DNA from: Ilumatobacteraceae bacterium
Lineage (GTDB): Bacteria > Actinomycetota > Acidimicrobiia > Acidimicrobiales > Ilumatobacteraceae
Reading direction: 5' to 3'
DNA: 24,000 nucleotides
Assembly (NCBI GenBank): GCA_963716075.1
Contig: CAVQST010000022.1
Coordinates: 41,115 to 65,114 of the forward strand
Part shown: piece after piece, positions 16,412 through 24,000 of the stretch
Layout: every line of letters starts with the position of its first letter
Position numbering within the stretch: the first letter of the stretch is position 1
Program-made: the position numbers and the translations under genes
Notes under the pieces: generated by a model
Database searches by the model: none
The model's input: only the letters and a program-made list of their open reading frames with translations
Told to the model about the DNA's origin: nothing

Positions 16412-17125
16412 GTGACAAACACTTCGACGTCACCATCGCGCCCGCACCCTCGTTGGCGTCGATGGGGCACATGGCTCCTCCTGGCGGCCGCAGTCGGCGC
16501 GATTGCTTTCGTGGGTGGCGGGCTCATGGGACTGGCACCGGGGTACACGGCACTCATCGTTGGCGCAGTGTTGGTGGTCGCGCTCGCCTTGACGATCTGG
16601 AGGCAACGGTCGAGTGCTGACGGGGATCAGCTCGGCCTCAGCAGGCTGCTCCCGCTGTTCATCATCGCCGGATGTGCGACGTTCGGCGTCATTCAGCTGA
16701 TCCCGTACGGCCGCGATCATTCCAACCCGCCGCCTACCGGTGAGCCGGCGTGGGCCTCTCCTCGAACACGGGAGCTCATGGTCAATGCCTGCTACGGCTG
16801 CCACAGCAATGAAGTCGAGTGGCCGTGGTATTCGAATATTGCTCCGATCTCTTGGGCGATCAGCGATCACGTCGAGGCGGGCCGCGACGAGGTGAACTAC
16901 TCCGAGTTCGCCACCAACCCTGGAAATGCCGACGAGACGATCGAAGTCATCGAGGATGGATCGATGCCGCCCGCCTACTACACGAGGTTCGGCCTTCACT
17001 CACCAGCAGACCTGAGCGACGCCGAGATCGACGAACTCCTCGCCGGGCTCCGAGCGACGCCGGGTCTCTCCGAGAACGAGTCACAGACCGACGGTGACGA
17101 GAGAGACTCCGACGACGACGATTGA
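16412..17125 (+). CDS. membrane protein with haem-binding domain (CXXCH), acidic C-terminal tail
   Basis: ORF 16412..17125 (GTG start). Three hydrophobic helices, then NACYGCHSNEVEWPWYSNIAPISWAISDHVEAGRDEVNYSEF and DGSMPPAYY. This resembles the Haem_bd-type domain. Confidence 0.7.
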   Translation: MTNTSTSPSRPHPRWRRWGTWLLLAAAVGAIAFVGGGLMGLAPGYTALIVGAVLVVALALTIWRQRSSADGDQLGLSRLLPLFIIAGCATFGVIQLIPYGRDHSNPPPTGEPAWASPRTRELMVNACYGCHSNEVEWPWYSNIAPISWAISDHVEAGRDEVNYSEFATNPGNADETIEVIEDGSMPPAYYTRFGLHSPADLSDAEIDELLAGLRATPGLSENESQTDGDERDSDDDD

Positions 17126-17143
17126 GGTTGCCAGGGCAACCTC
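17124..17143 (+). terminator. stem-loop directly after the stop codon (gaggttgc-cagg-gcaacctc)
   Basis: Perfect 8-bp stem with 4-nt loop overlapping the TGA at 17123-17125. No U-tract follows. Confidence 0.35.
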
Positions 17144-17192
17144 GACACACTCCTGGCACGGCCCGAGAGCGCTCCAGACTCGGCGAGTTTCT

Positions 17193-17279
17193 TGGCGCGA
17201 CACCGGACACGTCGGTTCGAAGTCGGAGCGCACGCCCGGTGGCCCTACGATGATCACCCGCAACCCGGCGCAACGATCT
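17193..17279 (+). repeat. intergenic direct repeat, copy 2 (42-nt core 17193-17234, caacgatct at 17271-17279)
   Basis: tggcgcgacaccggacacgtcggttcgaagtcggagcgcacg. Its 3' half (17221-17231) is also complementary to 17169-17180 (11 bp, one bulge). Confidence 0.8.
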
Positions 17280-17313
17280 CAACGGGGTTTTCTCCGCGAA
17301 TCGCGCCGGTCCC

Positions 17314-17385
17314 GCCTCTCTAGCTCAATGGTAGAGCAGTGGACTTTTAATCCATTGGTTCAGGGTTCGAGCCCCTGGGGAGGCA
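17314..17385 (+). tRNA. tRNA-Lys (anticodon UUU)
   Basis: Hand-folded cloverleaf: acceptor gcctctc/gggaggc (one G-U pair), D arm gctc-aatggta-gagc, anticodon arm gtgga-cTTTTaa-tccat, variable loop tggtt, T arm caggg-ttcgagc-ccctg, discriminator a. CCA is not encoded. Confidence 0.9.
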
Positions 17386-17425
17386 CAGCAGATGAACGCA
17401 ACCAATCGCACCCCGAAAGGACGAT

Positions 17426-18082
17426 GTGGACGCAGTCGAACCCGAAGCCATCGAAACGAAGCGAAAGGCGCGCAGCGATGCCGTGATCGACGGGCGCACC
17501 GCCCGCCGCAACCGCAACAAGGCCGCAGTGCTCGACGCGCTGATCGAACTCGCACATGAAGGCCACGAGGAACCGCCGATCGAACTGATCGCGGAACGCG
17601 TGGGCGTCTCGTACCGCTCGGTGTACCGCTACTTCGACGATCGAACCGAGCTCATGTTGGCCGCGATCGCACGCCTGATGACCGATGTCTGGCCGATGTT
17701 CGACATCGAGCAGTCGGGCACCGGCACCCTCGACGAACGGATCTCCGCAGTGGTCGACAGCCGAATCGCTGTGTACCGCAAGCTTGCGCCGCTCACTCGT
17801 GTGGCGGTGCATCGGCGTGCCCACGAGCCCCTCGTCGCCGAGCACTACGAGCGGGTTCGCGCCCTGTTGCGGGCCCACCTGGCAGCTCAGTTCGAGCCGG
17901 AACTCAGCAGATTGTCGGATGCCGAACGATCGCTGGTGCTCAGCTCGATCGACGTGGCCTTCCAGTTCGATGCGCTCGACTATCTGGCCGGCAACGGCGA
18001 GATGACCGACACGCAACTCGAGGAATTGCTCACCCACCAGATCAACGTGCAGCTCCGCCCCTGCGCTCCGTCACCATCCTGA
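17426..18082 (+). CDS. TetR/AcrR-family transcriptional regulator
   Basis: ORF 17426..18082 (GTG start, GAAAGGA upstream). N-terminal HTH: RNRNKAAVLDALIELAHEGHEEPPIELIAERVGVSYRSVYRYFDDRTELMLAAI. Confidence 0.85.
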   Translation: MDAVEPEAIETKRKARSDAVIDGRTARRNRNKAAVLDALIELAHEGHEEPPIELIAERVGVSYRSVYRYFDDRTELMLAAIARLMTDVWPMFDIEQSGTGTLDERISAVVDSRIAVYRKLAPLTRVAVHRRAHEPLVAEHYERVRALLRAHLAAQFEPELSRLSDAERSLVLSSIDVAFQFDALDYLAGNGEMTDTQLEELLTHQINVQLRPCAPSPS

Positions 18083-18119
18083 TCGGGTCTGCCGACCACG
18101 AGCGGTCAGCGGACCGGAC

Positions 18120-18790
18120 TCAGTCGGCGAAGTCGGTCGATGCCACTTCGGCGTCGCCGCGCTCGATGGCGCTCACCACGCGCTCGGCGACAGCGCTCGG
18201 AGCGAGGCCGGTGGGCATCTTCGGTGCGGTGCCCGCGAGTGGCCGCGTGGCGAGGCCCGTTTCGGTGTGGGGTGGGCGAGCGTCGATCACGCTCACCTTC
18301 ACGCGGCGGAACTCGCGGCGCAGTGCGTCGGCTGCCGCAGCCGCAGCGGCCTTCGACGCCGAGTAGGCGGCCATACCGGGCATCGGCGACTCGGCGACGA
18401 CACCGGAGACGTTGACGAAGAATCCTTGTGAGTCGCGCAGCGCTGGCAGCGCACGCTTGGCCAGCCACATCGGCCCGAGGGTGTTGGTGAGGAACAGTTC
18501 CTCGATCACGACGTCGTCGGTGTCGGCGAGGTCGCCGAACGCCACGATGCCCGCAGCGACGACGACGCCGTCGAGGCGACCGTGATGTTCGATCGCATAG
18601 CCGACGAGGGCATCGCCGGCCGCCGTGTCGCGAATGTCGATGGCCAGGTCGCTGCCCGGTCCGCCAGAAGCGATTGACGCGCACCCACCGTGGCGCCTCG
18701 CTCGGAGAGAATGTCGGTGAGCGCCGTGCCCAAGCCGCCGGTGGCACCGACCACGGCCACGACGGCGCCGTTGAGATCTCGTGTTGCCAT
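18120..18790 (-). CDS. short-chain dehydrogenase/reductase (SDR); frame broken once near 18648-18668
   Basis: N-terminus in ORF 18506..18790: MATRDLNGAVVAVVGATGGLGTALTDILSERGATV (TGxxxGxG). The rest is in the frame of ORF 18120..18545, extended upstream: GPGSDLAIDIRDTAAGDALVGYAIEHHGRLDGVVVAAGIVAFGDL...NVSGVVAESPMPGMAAYSASKAA (YxxxK). 671 nt equals 224 codons minus 1 base. Confidence 0.8.
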
Positions 18791-18797
18791 GATCGGT

Positions 18798-19443
18798 TCA
18801 GATCCCGAACGAGGCGTTGTTCGCCGATGCCACCGAGCCGTCGTCGCCGACGACCTCGGCGCGGCTGTGGGCCTGGCGTCCGTACACGAACATCACCAGC
18901 TCGCCGACAGGGCCGCGCACGGTGACCGAGGGCTCGGCCTCCTTGGCCACGATTGGTTCGTGGTCGTCGGTCGGTTCGAGCACGATGCCGACGGGCGAGT
19001 TCCTGACGAGGCGCTTGGCCATCGTGCCCAGCACCTTGTACAGGGTGGCGTTCAGGTCGTCGTCGAGATCGCGCGGCTCCCAAGTGGGTTGTGCCCGACG
19101 TACGTCTTCGAGGTGCACGAAGAACTCGACGGTGTTGGTGAGTTCGTCGATCTTTCCGATGCGAGTGGGAGACCAGATGGGGGGTCCGGACCGCACGGTG
19201 TCGACGATGTCGGTCCACTCGTCGTCGGCAACGCCGGACTGCACCTTGTCGGTGTAGCCGGCGGCCTTGGAGAAGATGATGCCGATCGCTGCATCAGGGC
19301 GCCGCTCGCGCACCACGAGGTGGGCGGCGAGATCGCGAGTGGTCCAATCCCCCACACAGCGTGGGCTCGTCGGGGCCCAGTTCGAGGAACAGCTCGCACA
19401 GTTCGGCTCGTTCGCGGCGGGCAGGAATTGTGTCGCTGGCCAT
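18798..19443 (-). CDS. mycothiol-dependent maleylpyruvate-isomerase-like / TIGR03085-type DinB-fold protein; frame broken in a 5-nt homopolymer at 19349-19353
   Basis: Own translation from ATG 19443: MASDTIPARRERAELCELFLELGPDEPTLCGG. The frame then shifts by one base into ORF 18798..19355: DWTTRDLAAHLVVRERRPDAAIG...FFVHLEDVRRAQP...GELVMFVYGR. 646 nt equals 215 codons plus 1 base. Confidence 0.7.
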
Positions 19444-19494
19444 GCGGGAACGGTACCGGCACCGTCTGCCGACGCCGAACGGTGCGCCAGATTG

Positions 19495-19677
19495 TCAGGC
19501 CGAGGCGTAGGTGGCGTTCAGTGTCTCGCCGATCTCGGCGAGCAGCGTCGGGTCGGAACGTGGGAACAGCGGCGAGATCGGCGGTCGGCGGAAGTCGAAC
19601 TCCTCGGCGCCGACCGCGGACGCTCCTTCGGGTGATGCGCCGTGACCGGTGTTGGCGAACATGATGCCGAATTTCAT
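19495..19677 (-). pseudogene. 60-codon remnant with the N-terminus of an LLM-class (luciferase-like, F420-type) oxidoreductase
   Basis: ATG 19677: MKFGIMFANTGHGASPEGASAVGAEEF... The opening is typical of LLM oxidoreductases of about 280-350 aa, but the ORF stops after 60 codons. Confidence 0.4.
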
Positions 19678-19753
19678 GCGTCGGACCTGAGAGATCGTCG
19701 ACCGCCGCCGACCGGTCGGAGCACGTGCGCCTGATGGCGCGACACTGGGGGCG

Positions 19754-20530
19754 ATGACGTACGAACATGTGCTGCTCGACCGCACGGGTGACATCACCAC
19801 CATCACGCTGAACCGGCCCGAGAAACGCAACGCGCTCGCACTGGACGTGATGATCGAACTCACCGGTGTCCTCCGTGAGGTCGGCGCGTCCGACGCGCTC
19901 GGAGTGATCCTCGCGGCGAATGGTCCGGTGTCTTCTGCCGGCCACAACTTCGGGGACATGGCGGGCGCCAGCATCGACGACGCTCGACAGCTGTTTGCGG
20001 CGTGCACCGACATGATGGACACCGTGCAGGCGCTGCCGCAGCCGGTCGTGGCGCGGGTGCATGCGCTGGCGACTGCGGCCGGATGCCAACTCGTGGCCAC
20101 CTGCGACCTCGCCGTCGCGGCGGAGTCGGCCGCGTTCGCGATTCCGGGCGGCAAGGGCGGGCTGTTCTGCCACACACCCCTGGTGGCCGTGGCACGCAAC
20201 ATCGGGCGCAAGCGAGCACTCGAGATGGCGCTCACCGGCGACCCGGTCGACGCCGCCACCGCTGCCGACTGGGGCTTGGTGAACCGTGTGGTCCCTGATG
20301 ACGAACTCGACGCAGCGGTGGCTGATCTGATCGGGCGTGCGACTCGCGGCAGCGTGCTGTCGAAGGCACTCGGCAAGCGGGTGTTCTACGCCCAGGTCGG
20401 GCGCGATCAGCCCGACGCCTACGCCCTGGCGATGGAGGAAATGGCGTCAGCGGCGATGCTCGACGACGCCCAGGAGGGCTTCACGGCCTTCCTCGAGAAA
20501 CGGCACGCCAGCTACACGCAACGACCCTGA
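19754..20530 (+). CDS. enoyl-CoA hydratase/isomerase (crotonase) family protein
   Basis: ORF 19754..20530: ITLNRPEKRNAL, VILAANGPVSSAGHNFGDM, PQPVVARVHALATAAGCQLVATCDLAVAAESAAFAIPG, EGFTAFLEKR. Confidence 0.9.
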   Translation: MTYEHVLLDRTGDITTITLNRPEKRNALALDVMIELTGVLREVGASDALGVILAANGPVSSAGHNFGDMAGASIDDARQLFAACTDMMDTVQALPQPVVARVHALATAAGCQLVATCDLAVAAESAAFAIPGGKGGLFCHTPLVAVARNIGRKRALEMALTGDPVDAATAADWGLVNRVVPDDELDAAVADLIGRATRGSVLSKALGKRVFYAQVGRDQPDAYALAMEEMASAAMLDDAQEGFTAFLEKRHASYTQRP

Positions 20531-20543
20531 GGCGGCGAGGCGC

Positions 20544-21331
20544 TCACGCTGCGGTGGCAACGGCGGACCGAACGTTGTCGATCGCACGATCGCGATGGTT
20601 GCGCACGGTACGCGGCGTCACCTCTCGTTCTCGGGCGACCGCGCTGGGCGAACCTGCCCGCACGAGGTGGCGAAGCAGGTCGATGTCGACGCCCGACACG
20701 CCCGCATCTCTCGACTCGCGCAGCACCGTCACGAATTCGTCGAGCGGGGTCGCTGGTGCGTCTGACACGGGGTCGACGCGAAGGTGCTCGGCGCACACAC
20801 TTCCTCGGTCGCTGACCTGCGTCGAAGGGGTCGGCGGAAGGCTTGGAACAGCGCATCGGACAACAACGACGACGCCACGTGTCGGATTCGGCGCTCGGTG
20901 TCGTAGGAGCGGATCGCGATCCAGGCCATCGGCACCGCCAGTTCCATCGGGTCGGTCGGTTCGCGAAACGACCGGTACCGCTTCGACTGGTCGATGAGAC
21001 CCGGCAGGAGATGCTGGAGCACGACCCGGCCTGCGAGGTCGTCGGTGCGGGCGAGGCGCACGAGTGCGAGTAGCATCTCGTCGTCGCGTTGCGGCTCCCC
21101 GGCGCGTCGTTGCGTGGCGGCCAGGAGCTGCTCGAGGTCGTGGAGATCTCCGACGACCTGGCTCAACGGATGACCCTGCGGCACCGAAACGACCCAGGTG
21201 CGTGCGGTGCGAAGCGCCCGGCGGGAGGTGCGCAGCGCCGCCCATTCGACATCGAGCGACCTGACGAATGTCGAGCTGCTCCCGAGGTGGGAGGGGCGGA
21301 CGGGACGTGGTGGAGCGTGGGTCGTGGTCAT
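20544..21331 (-). CDS. sigma-70/ECF-like or HTH regulator with long N-terminal extension; frame broken once near 20785-20805
   Basis: ORF 20729..21340 (ATG 21331): ...DDEMLLALVRLARTDDLAGRVVLQHLLPGLI...AVPMAWIAIRSYDTERRIRHVASSLLSDALFQAFRRPLRRRSATEEV (region-2-like). It continues in the frame of ORF 20544..21416: CAEHLRVDP...LDEFVTVLRES...SPSAVAREREVTPRTVRNHRDRAIDNVRSA (region-4-like HTH). 788 nt equals 263 codons minus 1 base. Confidence 0.5.
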
Positions 21332-21559
21332 GGCGACCAACGTGACGGAGCACCCTCACCGGAGGGCTCACCGACCACCTCACCGCTCGCCAGTGGTGGG
21401 AATTCGTTGGACTCACCGCGACATCGTCGAGACGGTCCCTCGACTCACAGCCCCAGGTCAGCGGTGGTTTTCCGACGCGCCGACCTGATGTTCCGGTCGG
21501 TGCAGAAAATTTCGCGTGAACCGGTTCCTTCCGGCGAGTTCGTCACCCACTGTCTGGTT

Positions 21560-24000
21560 GTGACCACATCAACCCCGCCGTCGTTCGCTGCCACGGCACC
21601 CGACGGGACACGTATCGTCGTGCATCCCCACGCATCAACCGACTCCGTGGAGGAACTCGCCCGCGCCCTCGACCTCCCCGCGCCGACGGCCTTGGCGATC
21701 GACGGCATCGCCGTGGAACGGCATCAGCGACTGGCCGACACCGACGTGCGCGTGGGGTCGGCGATCACCGTACGTGCGAACGATGGGCGCTCCGAGGAGC
21801 AGGTGACCGGGTCGCCATCGGTCCCGAGCAGTGAGGCCGGCACGGTTGGGGCCGGCACGGTTGGGGTGGGCACGGTCGAGGTGGCGATCGTCTCTGGTCC
21901 GGCATGTGCGTCGTGGCGGCGCTTGGTGGTGGGCCGACACACCGTGGGGCGCGCGCCGTTCGCTGATGTGTGCATCGACGACCCTGCAGTGGAACTGCAC
22001 CACGGCATGCTCGATGTGGGGGCCGGCGGTGAGGTCGGATTCACCGAACTCACCGGTCGGGTGCCCATCACGGTCGGCGGTGTGCCGTGTTCGGGGTCGC
22101 ATCCTGTTCGCCCCGATGAAGTGATTCGGTGTGGGGCCAGCGAACTGCTGGTGCGGGTGGTGAGCGACGACACGACCGACGGATTGCCCGACGGTTCGGC
22201 ATCGGTTGGCAGTGTCGTGGTGTCGGATGTCGACCCGTGGCGTCGCGTCGTGCGTCGGGCCCCGCCGGTGGCAGCGTCCGGTCCGGTCCAGCCCATCGAG
22301 GTCCCTGAGCCGCCGGGCGAGCACCGGGCGCCGCCACTCACCTCGTTGGTCGGCGCCGGCGTGGCCGTTGCTCGGGGCCGGGCTGCTGGCGGCGGTGCTC
22401 GGCCAGGCGATGTTTGCCATGTTTGCGGCGATCGGCGCCCTCGCATCGTTCGCGACGTGGGCAGTGGGCGCGATCGTGGCTCGACGCAGGCAGCGCAGTG
22501 CCCGGCGGTGCGCACCAGTGCGCCCTCGAAGCACTTTCGCGCCACATTGCGAAGCAGCCGACCGCGATGCTGCTCGCCATCACCGCACGATGCATCTCGG
22601 TGTGGTCGACGTGCTCGACATCGCAAGCGACGGCGGCGGCGGTCGGCTGTGGTCGAGGCGAGTCGGTGTCGAGTGCCCGCTGCGCGCCACCGTCGGTCGC
22701 GGCACCTGCCACTGGAGTCCGCCGATCGACGCGGAACGCCGGCGGGCGCTCGACCCCGACCTGCTCGTGACGCTCGGCGACTGCGAGCGTCTGGTCGATG
22801 TGCCCGTCCCGGTGGCGTTCCCCGAGCGGTCGGTGCTCGCCATCCATGGGCCAACAGCGGCGGGCGCGGCGCTGTGCCGGTCGATCGTCGTCCAGTTGGG
22901 GGTCACCTCTGGCCCCTCCGACTGGCAGATCCTCGTGGTGGCGAATCGTCCAGAGCAGTGGCGGTGGGTCGGATGGCTACCGCAGGCGGTCGGCGGTGCT
23001 GCAGCGGTGGTCGATGCGGGCGATGTCGTCGCACTGGCGGCGGCGCTGGATCGATCGACCGCGCGCGGTGACACCCGCTGGGCCCGTTCTTGCATCCGCC
23101 GGTGCCCGGTCAGCGCAGCGTGGCCGCCAACTGATGCTGATCCTCGACGTTCCCGGGCTGTTGACGGCCCGGACTGGCCCGCTGCGCCGCCGATTCGACC
23201 GGGGCGACGTGTCCTGCATCGTGATGGTGCCGCCCGAGGTCTCGGTGCCCGCTATGGCGACCCGCGTGTTCGACGTCGGTGAAACGGGCCGAGGGCGCTG
23301 GGTCCACACCGCCGATCGCTCGACGTGGGACGTGGGCGCCACCGACATCCGGGTGGCGGGGATCTCGCTGGCAGTCGCGGAGGCAACGGCGCGGAGGTTG
23401 GCCCCGCTCATCGATCCCGAAGACCACGACGACGCTGGGGGCGTGCCCGGCACGGTCTCGTTGGCCGACCTGGAGCCGATCGGCGAGGGGACCTCGACGA
23501 TGATCGCCCGTCGATGGCTCGGTGGAGGCAACGACCCGGCACCGGTGGCGAAGCTCGGGGTGTCGGCCGATGGTGTGGTCGACATCGACCTGGTGCGCGA
23601 CGGGCCCCACGGATTGATCGCTGGCACCACGGGTGCCGGCAAGAGCGAGTTGCTGCGTACGTTGGTGGTCACACTCGCTGCACAGGTCAGCCCCGATCAC
23701 CTCACGATGGTGCTCGTCGACTTCAAGGGTGGGTCCACCTTCGATGGGTGTGCCCGGCTGCCGCACACCGTGGGCGTGGTGACCGATCTCGACGATGGTC
23801 TGGCGGCTCGTGTGCTCGATCTTGATGCGGAGGTTCGTCGGCGTGAACGTCTGCTGCGTGCCGCCGGCGCCGACGATCTTGCTGCGTACCGCCGAACCTC
23901 CGTGTCTCCGCTGCCGCGCCTGTTGGTGGTGATCGACGAGTTCGCGTCGCTCGCCAAGGAGCTTCCCGACTTCTTGCACGCCCTCGTCGATGTCGCACAG
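21560..24000 (+). CDS. FHA-domain FtsK/SpoIIIE-family ATPase (EssC/EccC-like), 3' end off the right edge; two frame breaks (about 22360-22380 and 23075-23135)
   Basis: Frame 1 (ORF 21089..23071): N-terminal TTSTPPSFAATAPDGTRIVVHPHAST..., then FHA-like RRLVVGRHTVGRAPFADVCIDDPAVELHHGMLDVGAGGEVGFTELTGRVPITVGG. Frame 2 (ORF 22206..23282): TM helices LLGAGLLAAVLGQAMFAMFAAIGALASFATWAVGAIVARRRQR, then RLWSRR...ATVGRG. Frame 3 (own translation, open to 24000): QLMLILDVPGLL...VDIDLVRDGPHGLIAGTTGAGKSELLRTLVVTLA...MVLVDFKGGSTF...LLVVIDEFASLAKE (Walker A and B). Start is uncertain: GTG 21560 or ATG 21488. Confidence 0.8.
21836..21880 (+). repeat. 15-bp in-frame tandem repeat x3 (AGTVG-AGTVG-VGTVE) in the linker before the FHA domain
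   Basis: gccggcacggttggg (21836-21850) is identical to 21851-21865, followed by the diverged copy gtgggcacggtcgag (21866-21880). Confidence 0.85.

Noticed and set aside
21516-21544. Confident ECF-sigma promoter (GTGAAC ... CGTC) for the FtsK-like gene
   Set aside because: The spacer is about 19 nt against the usual 16-17 nt. It is kept only as a remark inside the finding, not as a feature.
17314-24000. Integrative/conjugative element inserted at tRNA-Lys (tRNA followed by an FtsK-like gene)
   Set aside because: There is no integrase, excisionase or replication gene after the tRNA. I found no downstream direct repeat of the tRNA 3' end. The FtsK-like protein has the FHA/TM/multi-domain layout of secretion ATPases rather than AICE TraB.

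Overview
High-GC, Actinomycetota-type chromosomal window (Rpf-like transglycosylase, mycothiol-type DinB/TIGR03085 protein and an F420/LLM fragment support this). It is densely coding, with about 24 protein genes and one tRNA. I saw no transposase, integrase, rRNA or CRISPR array. Left to right: a CoxL/xanthine-dehydrogenase-family large subunit (partial). Then a neighbourhood (2.1-10.1 kb) where four proteins carry five cyclic-nucleotide-binding (CNB) domains: MFS-CNB, a Crp/Fnr regulator, a 2xCNB-patatin phospholipase, and an FtsX permease with an ABC ATPase-CNB, plus an SGNH hydrolase. Then dienelactone hydrolase and an NTF2-like protein, and a 307-bp repeat- and hairpin-rich leader in front of an Rpf-like gene. 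Then ribD, a lipoprotein, a membrane-anchored PQQ-like beta-propeller protein and a CXXCH haem-binding-domain protein bracketed by a 42-nt direct repeat. Then tRNA-Lys(UUU), TetR, an SDR, a TIGR03085-like gene, an LLM remnant and enoyl-CoA hydratase. The window ends with a sigma-70/ECF-like HTH gene divergent from an FHA-domain FtsK/SpoIIIE (EssC/EccC-like) ATPase that runs off the right edge. Nine apparent single-base frameshifts interrupt seven otherwise convincing genes, eight of them in 13.6-23.1 kb. These are either consensus errors or real gene decay. All product calls come from my own reading of translated motifs; no database search was possible.
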